A stretch of DNA of 57,326 nt, filler included, from Sphacelaria rigidula (GCA_964200075.2; 7 parts of 7 records of this genome joined end to end with filler, not necessarily neighbours in it), one strand, 5' to 3'; positions 36,897-49,771 are shown, numbered from the whole stretch's first letter. The notes: generated from the sequence alone by a model not told the origin. A program made the numbers and translations.

Positions 36897-37547
36897 GTGG
36901 CATGTGGTCCCCTGACACTGCGGTGCGGTACGGTACGAGGCTGGACGACTCCGCCACTCACCCCGGTGCAACAAAAATGTTCCGGCCATCACAAGGGTGA
37001 ACGAAATGATTTTTTTTCTTCACCTATGTACCAATTTTGTTTTTGGACCTCTAGATGAGGGAGAGGGTACCCAACCACCATCTCCCCGCTCCAAATGCTG
37101 TACAAATCCTACATATACCGCTCCCATACTTGATCCTATACAAAGCGGGGGGCGCCGGAGGGGGGTACCCTCCCTGATGAGAGGGGATTGCATATGATCC
37201 ATGTGTCAACTCAGATGAGGCGGTGGGGGCTTGGCCGGCTCTATGCACACGACGATACGTACGCACCGTGAAAGAGGCAGGAAAAGAGAAGAGATAATAA
37301 TGAGCAGAGTCTCCGGGGAGAAAACAGCCCATAAGAAGGCGTTGCTGGTGCGCGTCTGCCGAAGGCGTTCGATGGTTCGGTGTACATGTGCTTCGGCGGA
37401 CACGACTTCGGCGACGGTTCAGGAGTAGACGCGGTCAAGGCTAAACAGCATGAGCTTTCGGAAAAAGACAAAGAGTGAGCGCAGAGAAATGAGGACTCAA
37501 GGTTGTTGTTGGAGAATATCATCTGTCTCGTAAACCAGTGCCTTGTG

Positions 37548-38085
37548 AGCAGCAGCAGCAGCAGCAGCGTGGAAAAGTACTGTGGGATCCTCGAGAGCAG
37601 TGCAGCGAAGGCTGAGAGACAAAGGGGGAAACTATTGCTCGAAATTTGACCATCTTGATGCTACTGCTGCGGTCTGTCGAGTTGCGCTGCTGCCGTGCAG
37701 TGGGCAGCAGCAGCAGCATGGAAAAGTACTGTAGTACCCTCGAGAGCAGTGCAAAGCGAAGGCTATGAAGATAATAGGGGAAAATATTGCTCGAAATGTG
37801 ATCATCGTGATGCAACTACTGCGGTGTCTTATTGTGCTGCTGCCGTGCAGCTGGCAGCAGCAGCAGCAGCAGCAACAACAACATGGAAAAGTATGGTAGT
37901 ACCCCCGAGAGCACTATGGCTAATGCTGAGAAATTACCGAGGAAAATATCGCGCTAGATACGATCATCGTGGTGGTGGTGCTGCCGTGTGTCGTGTCGTG
38001 CTGCTGCCGTTTGGCTTGCCACAGCAGCAGTAGCAGCGCGAAAAAGTAATACCCTGGACAGCAGTACAGCGAAGGCTGAAATAAT
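37548..38085. repeat. Tandem repeat, ~3.5 x 150-165 bp, each unit led by (CAG)n
   Basis: (cag)n-gaaaagta recurs at ~37570, 37720, 37885 and 38040. Confidence 0.85.
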
Positions 38086-38562
38086 GCTTGTGTCGCAACC
38101 CTTGATCGTTGATACTGCATGTTCGACCACGCCCACGCCGTTTTGTTGGCCCTGAGGCAAACATTATCCCTACACTGTGAGGTCCAGAGCCAGTTTTGAC
38201 GTGAATGACACAAGAACGTCTCAACATAGCGGAAAAGCTGCGAAAGAGCAAGAAGGGTGAGGGTCGTGGAGCCTCCGTAGTAGTCCGACGGGGCGGTAGC
38301 CAACAATGTGCACGGCGGGGGTTACAGCAGAAGGGAAGTCAGACGACTCTGAGGAGGAGGGGGAGGGGAAGGGAGATGAAAAGAAGCAAGAGAAGCCAGA
38401 CGTCAGGGGGCGTACGTGCACCCTGGAGATGCGTTTTCCTCTCATTTGGTGAAGGGGTACAACGGACAAAGAGAGCACACCCTGGACAATAGATAGCGTT
38501 GGCAAGAAGTGTACTGTGTACCGTATCGAATCTATTGTCTCATGCTCTGTTGCAACAGAAAA

Positions 38563-38841
38563 CAAGGTTTTCGTGAGATTGAGAGTTTGGTGCGGATTGA
38601 GAGGGGGTTTTATCATTCGCTTTAACTTCGCCAATTTTTCATTCCGTGTGTGCTTTTCGTCTCATCACTGCCATGTGCTTACAGCTACACGTTGATATCC
38701 TACTCAAGGGTATCGAGGGCCTCAGTGGCAAGCTACTACAAAGAGAATATTGGGCATGGTGNNNNNNNNNNGGCTTATTCACTAATTGACCGCTTTTCAC
38801 TCTCAATCGTACCTTCAACTCTCAATTTCACGAAAATGTTG
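38563..38841. mobile_element. hAT-like MITE
   Basis: TIR caaggttttcgtgagattgagagt / actctcaatttcacgaaaatgttg; the same end (CAGTGTTTTCGTGAGATTGAGAGT) occurs at 49071-49123. Confidence 0.7.
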
Positions 38842-40920
38842 TTGGAAGTAGATTCAATACATTCCACTATTTGCCAACGTAATCTTTCGTCAAGTATGTG
38901 AAAAATAGCGGGTGTTTGAAGGCAACCTTTGACCTGTGCTGGGTTCAGTATCATCTTCAGCTTCGATTGCAATTCGTTTCCATAGAAAATGATCTTTGCC
39001 ATACCCCCCCCCCCCCATTTTCCATGAACGCCTGTTAGATGTTGCGGACGATGTATTTTGTCACAACACCCCACACACGACCTCGTAGGCTCCTTCATCG
39101 TGAGTCCCTTCTGTTACTACCGGTTTAGACAAGCTATAAGACCTTTTCATTTCTTGTTGAGTTTTGTCCAAGGTTTTTGCAGGGGATGGTTTGGTTGGGC
39201 ATAGTTTACAAATGCTAGCGTTAAAATAAGCCAAGCCAAGCCAACCGCATCATGTAGGTGTTTCCAACATAGCATTTTAGCGCGTGTTAAAGGGGTAGCG
39301 TTCAGTGTGCACACGGGTTGAGAGGGTGAAGGCACGGGGGCAACAAAAATGCCAATATAATGTGAACGAAGTGGATTTCATTCCTCAGGGGAGGTTAGGT
39401 CAGTGTGCGGGATACCTTTCTTTATGTACCCTTGTCTACGACTGGGTGTGCGAATCGGGGTGGTGTTGGACTCCGAGAAGTATCTGTGCTGTTCGATGTC
39501 ATTCCGACCATGCACAACTTACTTTTTGCCCTCTTATTCCCGGGGATGCTCCACCTGGATACATTAGATTTTACATTATATTATTTGGTCTTGCTATTTA
39601 CGTCAGCGTTGACGTAATCTGTTACATCCGTCAGCGTTCAGCATCCGTCCCACAAGCCCCGCATGGACACAGCAACACATGGAAAACACTCACACAGTCT
39701 CTAGCTATCGTTCAAGCCATCGCACGGAGCAAACGGACCCGTACCAGATGAGATACGTGCTTATGGCAGAGTGAGCACCGCACCCCAAGCCGTGTAGGAC
39801 TTCAAGGAATCGAAGTCCCACCCGCCTCATCAGGACCCAGTAATCTATTGTGTACACTTGGGAAGTCCTTCCCTGTCGCTCGATCCATTACAGGCAGCGA
39901 ACAGCTGCGTAGCTGTGTTAACAGAGCCCTAGCTGCACGGTGCAGCTGCCCACAAGATCGCCGAGTATCCATATCCCCAGACCGCAGGTACTGACGAGAT
40001 TCTGTTCTGGTATGGCATACATCTGGATGGTTGATCATGACCATCAGACGGTGTGGACACCGGGACACTCGTTGCCTACGACGCAAGTTGACACGGAACG
40101 TATCGGGACACGAAAAACATCCCCGGCGGCGAAGCTGTGGATAAGATGGAACGCTTCACCGTAGATCCCGCTGTAAAGTCACTTGCGAAGTGCAAGGATG
40201 TGCTGTCTTTTGTCGCCCGTCCCCCGGAGTTGGGATCACGGCATGGTTTACCCGTGGATTGCGCCAAGCTGGTGGAGGCGAAGAGGTGCCTGAAAACAGG
40301 AAAACCCCATCAGCGGCGAAGTCCTAGCAGACTCATACCAGGTATACATCGTATGGATGCGTACCACCCAAGATAATGTATCTCCGTATCTCCGTCATGG
40401 CCGTGAGATGCACATGAACTTGACATCACGAGACGGATCACAACCGTCACTGTATTATGCATGTTTCGGTTGGGGCATCACCCGGTACTACCAGGTACGG
40501 AAAAGGTAGGGAACAGTGCAGACGACTCCCTACGCCTGTGTGCTAAAGAGGATTGCATCAACAAAGAGAAGGTAGAATGAGAAGCACGCGACGATCGTTC
40601 CCAAGATGGAGTAATCACGCACAGGGCATAACGAGTACAGCGTGTAACACGTACAGGGTATAACACCCCTTGACAGGAGAACACCGATGACAAAGCCTAC
40701 CGTCACAACAGAGCGCGAAAGATATCAAGAATCTGGGAGATAATAACGCCAGCATCGTTTTTTTTTTTAAAGTGAAAGTACCACGGGTAAACACTTTTGC
40801 TGACCCCGACGAGAACGTGATATTCACAATTCGGAAAGGGTAAGGGAGTCGGCACTTTGGCCATGACTCGTGTTTTTTTTTTTTGTATGTTCTGCATTTT
40901 TTGTTAACTTTTTCCCTGTT

Positions 40921-41020
40921 NNNNNNNNNNNNNNNNNNNNNNNNNNNNNNNNNNNNNNNNNNNNTTAATTAATTAANNNNNNNNNNNNNNNNNNNNNNNN
41001 NNNNNNNNNNNNNNNNNNNN
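40921..41020. other. Artificial contig linker
   Basis: N44-TTAATTAATTAA-N44. Confidence 0.98.
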
Positions 41021-42037
41021 GTTGCGGTCGCCAGCGAGGTAAGTGTTGGGTTGGGTTTCCTCCTTCCATCAAGGAAAAAAAAAAAAATCCGGCGAGACTA
41101 CAGCAGTCTTTTCAAAACCGACAAACTGACCAAATTGTTGCCATTTTTTGTACATGCACACCGCCGACATTTTATGGGACTCTATGACTAACTGCCCTGG
41201 GTGTGGTCGAATTGAAAAAGTAGACGCGGCATATCATTCCCACGAGCAAGGATTTCAACCTCTATTACGGGTATACTGACTGAAGAACCCAGCATTCAGA
41301 TCAACAGTACAGTAAACTACGATAGTCCAGGATGTGAAGAAAAGTCACGATCTGGTGCACACAAAGATGTCGTTGTTTGTTCTCTTCTGCAGTACGTCAT
41401 CAGTCCTGAACATGATCCCGTAACACAGAAGATTTTTGGCATTAGAAAGTGCGTGATCTAGATCTTTTCGCGCAGTCAAGTCTCCGACGGAACAACAAAA
41501 AGCTTGCGACTACATTTTTATAGAAGAACATTCTGCGATGGACGTGTGCCTTGCCATGCGAGGTGCAGAATGAATGCTGGAATGAAATGCTGGGTGGCAC
41601 CCCGACGGAATAAGCAAAGACGGAGCAGTACTGCCTGATCATTTCGGACAAGGCCAGGGTAGTACTGCTACTACCGCATCATAGTGAAGGACTGTCCTGT
41701 GCGGTACGCACGGACGATACCGGCGAAGCACATGAAGGATTGGCTCCCAAGAGGCAGACGGTAAATTCATCTTTACTGCTGTTGTAGCTTTCGAGATATG
41801 CCTGACTGAGTTCCCCCTCCCGGATGAGTGAAGTAAAGGAAGGCAAAATGAAATAGCTTGATACACTAGACGGTAGCGAGAAAATGATCGCTATATTAGG
41901 AGATGGATGGTGGCCACAGACGGCAAAACAGGAAGGGGTAAAATACGTAAAAGATTTTGTGTAATGTACGGAAAAACATAACGAGCGCCCAGATGTTGGA
42001 GGTGTCTCTATTAGGAGTAGGAACGGTGCTCTCTGTT

Positions 42038-42103
42038 CGTCTCGAAAGGGATGCGTGGTCGACGATTACACGACTAAGGCAAGCAACAAATCAATACGCC
42101 CCC
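42038..42103 (+). mobile_element. Diverged poly(C)-ended mini-retroposon, subfamily A
   Basis: cgtctcgaaagggatgcgtggtc...cgactaaggcaagcaacaaatcaatacgccccc. Confidence 0.75.
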
Positions 42104-42264
42104 TCCCTCCCTCCCCAAGAAGTAACATTTCCTGCCCAGGCGCACTATGATCTGGTTAACTCATGCTATATTCACACCATCGACGTGTCTGCTGACAAAG
42201 ACAAAATTATTGTCAGTTTTGCGTCGGTAGGGACGATGTTCACGAGGATAACATAAAACTGCTT

Positions 42265-45200
42265 CTAATCCTCGTCCTCGCCGTAGTACTGGGTCTCAGC
42301 TTGCCTCCACCCGAGCTCGCTCAGAAAACCCTTGGCTCTCGAGGTGCCCGAATCAATGCCCTGCTCTTTCATGTAGTTGTCTATTCCTTTCTCGGGCCAA
42401 CCCAACCTCCTGCGCAACGCTTCCAACCTGGTAGTTCAAGAGGCAAAGCCGTACGTTCAGCGACAGGGAGGGCATCGCCGACGAGCGTTATGGGACATGA
42501 TACTCAGGTCCAGTCAATAACCCTTGACCCATCTTGGTGCTGACCAGGCAGTATGGACTACGCAAAACACATTGGGGAATATCTTCTGACGTGGGCTACA
42601 TCGTTTCGACCGAACCGTTCGTGCTCCGCTCCCTTGCCATGAAGTGGCTACTTAAGAGCATCTTCGACGGCCAACAAGTCATCGGCCGTGCATCTGAACA
42701 TTCTCAAGGCTTGTGATCTCCGTGTATGTCACGTCAAGCCACGATACGACGAAGGCGTAGTCCCTGCGCTGCCTATATCTTACCACCCTAGTTCGTTGTC
42801 CAGCTACAAATTTTGCCTTGTGGGCCAACTACTGCAGCTACAGAGGGGAGGCGAAAAGTTGCTGCACATTAAGGTTCGTTGATATGACCGGCGGGTACTG
42901 ATGCACACCTGTTGCGGTTGGAGCCACCGTCCCCGACGATGACAGGCCCTGCGTACACGTTTTTCTGGCTGCTAGAGCGGAAGGTCACCAACCCGTCCTC
43001 CGGCCTGTTGCACAAAATTGCAGGCGTCAGTTGTTGAACAGCGGTGTTGAACCACGTTTCAGTATCCGGTGGATGATGACAAGCGCATCACTTCTACAAA
43101 ACCACTCGATCGGAAACCATCGAGGTCGAAGGGCGCACGATCAACGGTCGTTGTCCAGAAGGGTTGTACAGTCCACCTCTTCGACAGCTCGGATACGCTT
43201 ACGCGGTCATATGAGTCAAGAGATAAAAAAAATGTCAACACCAAATGACGAACGCGTTTTCGGTTCGTGGCTCCAGAGTATCCAAATAAGTTGCGATCCA
43301 CTGCTGACACCAGCAAATCTTGAGCAGGAGCAGACCGCCTCAGCCTCGCTGCAGCTCACATGACACTGTCAAACTATTAATTAATACACCACAAAAAAAC
43401 GGAATTACATACAACCGCCATATTTGGACATAGGAAGGTACACAGTCTGATCCCAAGGTCCTCACAAGCTTGCACGGTTAGGACGAATCATCACGACTAT
43501 GAATCACCAAATCCACGATTTCTTCGGCCTGAATGCTCAAAAGGAGGAAGAAAAAAAGTTGACCGCTGGTTCAAGGGGTATCCACGCAACTTTTGCGCCA
43601 TTCCACGTGTCTGGGCTGCGTGTACCTGGGTTGCAANNNNNNNNNNTTGCAACGCTGAAAACAAAGCCTAGGAATTGATTCGTACGATTCGAATCAGTTA
43701 TTCTAAAGCCAAGTAATTTCCAGACGAATCATTATTTGTCCGATCCTTGCAAGCTTGGTACGAAAATCTAGACGGGTCAAAGGTGTAGAAATACAATACC
43801 TCTCTGCCGCTCATGCACGTAGCTTGCGGTTCTCGGCGACGGCGATTTCTGCGCCAGCTCTGGCGGGGAATGTGTTGTGTTGATAAAGATACAGTAAATA
43901 GCCATTTATTGCACATAGGCACCGAATAAACAAGGTAGATCTACACCAGTGACTAAAGTGCAGGACGATGTGCCCATCTATCAAACCGCACCGTGTAGAG
44001 CACACGGGGACGACAGACTGCACGCGATCAATGTACGCCACTGCTTTGCGACCTCTTTGTATCTAGCAAGCGGAATCCTGTCTGTGCTTTCCAGAAAAAT
44101 CTCGAAAAAATACACACAGAAACAACGACGTAGCTCCACGGGACCGTGTTCCCAACTCACCTGAGCAAAAATTCTACTTTATCGAATCCGTCCGGAGGAA
44201 CCGCAGATCTTGCAACTGCCCGTAGGTAAAATTTTTCCGCGTCCGTTTCTACGGTTTTCAGATTCGCGTCCTTCTGCACAGCGTCCTCCTGCGGCCGCCA
44301 AGGGCACAAGAGAGATTGAATCAGTGCTGAGAGCGTGTCGGTGCGGAGGACATCCACAGTTAGCTCTGCTCGTTTAACCGTGTGGTTTGCCCGCCATTTC
44401 ATCCGTGGTGACACAAAACCGCCTCGTTACCTGAACATAACCCGTACAGCGATCGCTAGAGTGGAATGCGACGCGATGTTGCTCAAGTCTGAGGTTACAC
44501 TCCAGCCTGTCAAGCTTGGAAAGGTGGCAGTACTTGTGTATTCAGATCCAGATAAGCGACCGTCCTCTGAAATAAGCAAGGCTGCCCCTTTGCTCAAGCC
44601 GAAAGTTCGGGTGGTTCACGAGTGCGCCCCGCCCCCATGCAGAATAGGCGAACACATGAAGCCACAGCTTGAATTGTTTTTGTTACTCTGCGGGCCGTTG
44701 AATTAGGCGCATATTCTTCACCGACTGTGTTTTTTTCGATTCATCCCAGGTGCGGGTTCCGGTTTTCTCCAGCGGATTCTCGAGAATGCATCGCCAGCAG
44801 CGAGAATCATGACCCAAACACACACGTACCTACCAACGGAGAGCAAAAAGCAAGCTGTTGTTGTACTCACGAGCTTGGAGAAAGCGTCCTTTGGGTCTGC
44901 CTTGTCGTCCGCAAAATACCAGGGGGCCAGATACTTCTCTTGCATCACCTGGCATTCACCGTTCGTTGCGCATGGCAATGACGACGAACGCCGTCAAAAT
45001 CAGCAGAAAAAACAACCGCGAGTCATATCCTCCCGGAAGGAAGGGTCGGGTCTTGCACGGACGGCGAGCGCTGCAACTCTAACTCGGCCGAGTAAATGCT
45101 CCACTCTCACGAGAGTAGCTGGGATATTCCCAGCAACAATAGCGTACTATTGTAGCACCAAGCGCATCTTCTATTTCCTCGGGGCGTAAAAACCGGGACA

Positions 45201-45557
45201 AATTTGCCTTTCCATACCCTCCGTTATCTCAGCACCCCAATCGTCGGGATTCGCTCTGCTCCGCGAATGCCGGGGGTCCGTACACAAGGAGATAATAGGA
45301 ATGCCATGTTTGGCACACTGGATGCAACAATCGTGCATTCCTGATCTGACGGCATGTGTTATTATTATGGTACACTATGTCACATGGGCTCTTACCAGCT
45401 TGAACGACGAAGAGCTGACGCAGTTTCCTTCCGTCGGGCAACTGGGCAGGGAAGCGGGAGTCTCCGCGCCCGCGATAGATGCGCCCGCCAAAGACGTGAG
45501 TAGACCAGCCGCCGCAGCAGCAATCGCACCCCCTCGAGTCACCGGCTGTTGTGACTG
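42265..45557 (-). CDS. DUF1499-family protein; exons 45557-45396, 44948-44871, 44288-44161, 43004-42909, 42427-42265
   Basis: All introns GT-AG and phase-consistent; motifs LPSCPTEGNCVSS, YLAPW, FYLRA..GFDKVEFL, VTFRSSS, DGGSNRNRLEALRRRLGW; stop TAG at 42265-42267. Confidence 0.88.
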
Positions 45558-45652
45558 CTGGGTCAATACAACGAGGACGTCGCAGTACTGCTCGATCAAT
45601 ACATGATTTTGACAAAATAGTTGGCCACCGAAACACTCGCTCAATTTTTCAC

Positions 45653-46607
45653 GTCGTTCAAAATCTTGCCGTGATGACGTTCTGCAATCCTAGCGTTTCG
45701 CGAATCATCTGTTGGAGATCTGGATTTTTTGTCGGGTACTCCTGCAGGTGACAGCCGTGCCGAACATGGACTCTTTCTCATCGGGACCTCCATCGCTCCA
45801 GCAGCACAAATGAAAGCGTCGGCGTTTGTTTTTTTTCCCTCGCACTTCGAACCCCTCCCCTTCCTCGGGATATGAGTCCGTGGTCTCAAGGGATCAAGCC
45901 ATCTCTCCCCCGGTACGCACCTTACATTTTGGTCTCGCAGCACTCCCGCACCGCGTCAACTCGCGGCAAACAAACTCAGTCGACTACTTTGTTTACTCAC
46001 GTTCTCACGCTTTCCACGGCGAAAATCAGATACGAGTATTACGAAGAAAAAACCCAACGCATCGGGAATCGAACCCTCGTTCTCTCTATCCTAATGGCGA
46101 CAGTCGGACCATTACACCAAACCAGACAAACAAAACCCAAAAATAAACAAAAAATACACACACATACAAAAGGCCACAATGCCTCAGCCCTGCCGCATCG
46201 CCGACAGCTTGAAAGCACGAGTTAGTTTCCCTTGGTTACAAATATCGTCAAGCTGTGTGGTGGTGTGTTGACATGGTACGGTAACGACTGTACATCGTAT
46301 CTTTCGGCAGAAGGGGTGTCTCTTCCCGTAAAATTAAATCAGTTTTCGCAGGCTGTCTTTCTCGTATACAGCAACGCAACTTTGGGACTAGCAGCGAAGG
46401 GTGTATGCCTTCGCGACACCTCCCGCATCCTCGGTGCGTCACTAGTCCCCGAGTTGCTCCAGGGGGAAACGGTGAAATGATGACGGGGATAGTGCGCATT
46501 CGCTCACCAGTCCGATACACCGAAGCGAGAACAAACAATGAGAAGTGGCGAAATCCAGAAAAAAATATCGTGTAAGAAATGCACCACGAGGGAGGTACCG
46601 CGTCCAT
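45653..46607 (-). CDS. Candidate upstream exons of the DUF1499 gene (46607-46508 with ATG; 45741-45653)
   Basis: G|GTGAGC donor (phase 1), CTGCAG| acceptor and GAC|GTGAAA donor (phase 0) keep the frame; no homology support. Confidence 0.4.
45826..46127 (-). mobile_element. tRNA-derived SINE
   Basis: Minus-strand head has A box TGGTGTAATGGT and B box GGTTCGATTCC, A-rich tail at 45826-45836; related copy at 55293-55647. Confidence 0.75.
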
Positions 46608-49123
46608 GAGGAAAAATCTGAACCTCAAGTAAGAAAAAAAACTGTATGAGAAAAAAGCCTCCCCTCCCCTGCCTTCCCTCCCGCTCTGTGCGTAGTATCC
46701 CAGAGAATGAATGCGTATCGACTCGTATCAGCGCCGAATAAGATGCTTAAGGTTGAAGCAGCCGATAGAGCGTTTGCGCAACGCGGTGTCTACGCATCAC
46801 GCTTCCTGAAGCGCGTAGCTGGATCTTGATGCCCTGGTATTTGATGCTAATGTACGCAAACATAGTTCATTGGTTACTTTTCTCTGTACGAAGTGCTTTA
46901 TCCAAGCATTTCGCCGTTCTCTGGGTTGTACAGCAATTCAAGTGACGGATGACAGCCCGCAAGGGCCGAAGACAGCCGTGCAATACATCAAATGTGTTGC
47001 CCCTCACGATTTTTCAGTCAGAAGTGATGAGGCAGGCTGCAAGTGCGAAGGCAGGCATTTCCATGTTGTCACTCAGCACCCGCCCACTCGCAGCTGGAGC
47101 ATACCTTACACGTGTGCAGGGTTCTTCTCGCATTCACAGGGGCACTGAGAGTGGCATGCGCACGTGTCTGATCGCAAAATATGTGCGACCAGCAGAGGTC
47201 GCCCTTCGGGCCTTCTGACTGCGGGTCGTGTCCAAGGTTGTAGAAATAGTCAAAAGTGTCGAGAATTTGTCTTGACTCAAAACAGCAAAAACTGATCCAC
47301 AGCAAAGACGAAATTCGGTAAAAATGTAGGAGAAGCGGAGAATGCGGAATTTGGAGCATAGACCGTCCTGAAGAACAACAGGGATACTCACGTGACCGCA
47401 TTGAGCCGCTATGTGCGCCACGAAATCGAGAGGAGGAAGGCCACAGCGTACAGGGAGTGAGAGCGGTCATCCGCCGTGAAAGATCTGTATCGTGGCTGCT
47501 GAAGTGAATATCGAAAATTCATGATGCAGGATTCCCGGGCGGCCTGGCCGGCTAAGGTAGAATCTAAGAATATCCGGAAAAGCGGGGTCGGCTCAGTTGA
47601 GGATTCTTTTCGTATGTCCTTTCATGGTAACATGAGGCTCATCACAACCATCGTGGTCAAAAAGCGTGCACGGCATGACGGGATCAACAGCGAGGGCACC
47701 AACGTATCGAGTCAGGTTTAAGGGTTGCTGTACGAGGATTGTAGGCGCACACACGAACAAGAGCAGTGCACCGCTGTCTGCCCTTTGCCTGCAAGAAAAC
47801 TCCAGCACATATGTGCACAGTGCACTCTTTACAACACAAATGAAGAAGTTCTTTCGATTTGATTTTAAAGGCGAAGAGCAAAACATGCGTCTGTGAGAAA
47901 GTGATTTCTTGACAGACATCTGTGGGAATGTGTCCCTTCTATGTGGTGGTTCCCACGTCACCCCCCCTTTTCATGAACCCCTGGGAGGATTTGTAGGGGT
48001 AACCTGTTAGCCCGACTAGCAGTTGGAATCTTGCCTTTTCATTCACCCATCTTCCACGTGTGTTAGACCATCTTACCAAGGATCGCCGCAGGAGATTTTC
48101 CGTGAGTTTTGGCCTCAGGAACAAATCATACTTACTGTTCCGAACATCCCTTCTGCGACAATTTCCCCCCCCCACACCAGTCCAATCTGGAGTCCTATCC
48201 TAGTCACTAGGATCTCGGTTGAGACAACATGGAAAAATCGAGATCAAAATCCTTCCCCGAACATGATGTTATTAGGGAAAATGGAAAAATCCAAGTACAA
48301 GCGATCCGGCCGAACCCCTTTCCCCTCAGCTGAATAGGACCTCGAGTTCTGAGCTTAGATAAAAACGAGGTCTGTACTGACGGGTTGGTACGCCACAAAT
48401 ATTTTGTACTTCATACAATTGCTGAATGGGATGGTACTACGCAGGGCCATCACGTAAGCTGGGCTGCAAGGTAACGCACTCTTGCCTCGCCGCCCTCGAG
48501 ACAGACGGGCACACTGCAGGGGCGGTAGGTGTATGTACGAGTGCACAACAAGTACGTCAGGGTCAGATCGACTTTTACAGCGGGCTGATCTGACCCGAAG
48601 AGCACTCTGACGACCCGACCACCTGGACTGGGATAACGTTTTGCAACTCATGGAAGCATGAAATACCCACATCACCCGAACCGCGATTTTCATTTCCTCA
48701 CAATATTGTTCAGAAGTTTTCCGGTGATTTAAGCGTCATATCACCACCTGTCGATCTAGCTCACGCTCACAGTAGCGAGGCGTCGGGGTCTGAAAAAATG
48801 AGATTTTTTGTATGTGAGCCGTGTGCTGGCGTTCACCGTCGTTTTCCTGCATGAATTATTGAGAAGCGAGAGTGGGATGCAGCTCGCAAGAGCCCCAAAT
48901 TGCCAACAATGAGGACGTTAACTAAAAGCAGTGTCGTCCTGAAGGACATCACGGTTCTCCAATATGAACAAACGGGCGGGATGTGTAATGTTTAACTGTA
49001 TCAGCCACCTACACGTACGGTAGCGAGATCGCTTCGCACTTCTTATCGTTCCTGGGAACAACGATATAAACAGTGTTTTCGTGAGATTGAGAGTAGATGA
49101 TACGATTGAGAGTGAAATGCGGT

Positions 49124-49223
49124 NNNNNNNNNNNNNNNNNNNNNNNNNNNNNNNNNNNNNNNNNNNNTTAATTAATTAANNNNNNNNNNNNNNNNNNNNN
49201 NNNNNNNNNNNNNNNNNNNNNNN
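49124..49223. other. Artificial contig linker
   Basis: N44-TTAATTAATTAA-N44. Confidence 0.98.
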
Positions 49224-49423
49224 GAACTTGTCGCACATGGCGTGCATGTACAAGCCATTCACGCCTTGAGTCACGAAGACGGGTTGACTGCGTGAATTAC
49301 ATCATGCCTTGAGTCATGAAGAAGGGTTGACTGCGTGAATTACAACTGATGTACGAACCGCATGATTTATTCATTGAGATGATGACTTTGAGTTGACTCA
49401 CGAGTTGATTTGTCCTAACCGTG
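49224..49423. mobile_element. Right end of the 11277-11802 hAT-type MITE family
   Basis: gagttgactcacgagttgatttgtcctaaccgtg terminus; internal ~43-bp tandem duplication. Confidence 0.8.
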
Positions 49424-49624
49424 GTACATTTACGACCACTACCCGATAAGCACGGGCATGCTGGTATTGCCATTGATTAGGGTACTTGGAACAACGCCAT
49501 TCCTAGGGGCAAGACCGTCACAATTGGCTTTTAACCCACATCCGTCTGAAATGATTTCTCACTTGGCTCGTTTGTCTGTGTGGAAACTTTCGCCTTACAA
49601 CCGCCGCATGTTGTCTCCCAAAAG

Positions 49625-49771
49625 ATGCGGATATTCCGGTGGTCTCGTGCGCTAGAACTCGCGGTGCAGCACAAAACGCATGTGGATACCGTTTTGGGCT
49701 ACCGTGAGAAGTACCTTAAACGTGCGGGCAAGGAGGAGACGGACAAACGATTTCTGCAGTATGCATCTGAG
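49625..49771 (+). CDS. IFT80: Near-C-terminal exon of intraflagellar transport protein 80
   Basis: AAG| acceptor, GAG|GT donor; [47 protein letters not shown] matches the IFT80 motif [22 protein letters not shown]. Confidence 0.9.

Noticed and set aside
39795-39840. CUGAUGA next to a hairpin on the minus strand (hammerhead ribozyme candidate); also 37174
   Set aside because: No GAAA after stem II and no stems I/III.
46055-46127. tRNA gene
   Set aside because: Acceptor and anticodon stems do not form properly and it continues into a repeated body with a tail; called a SINE head instead.
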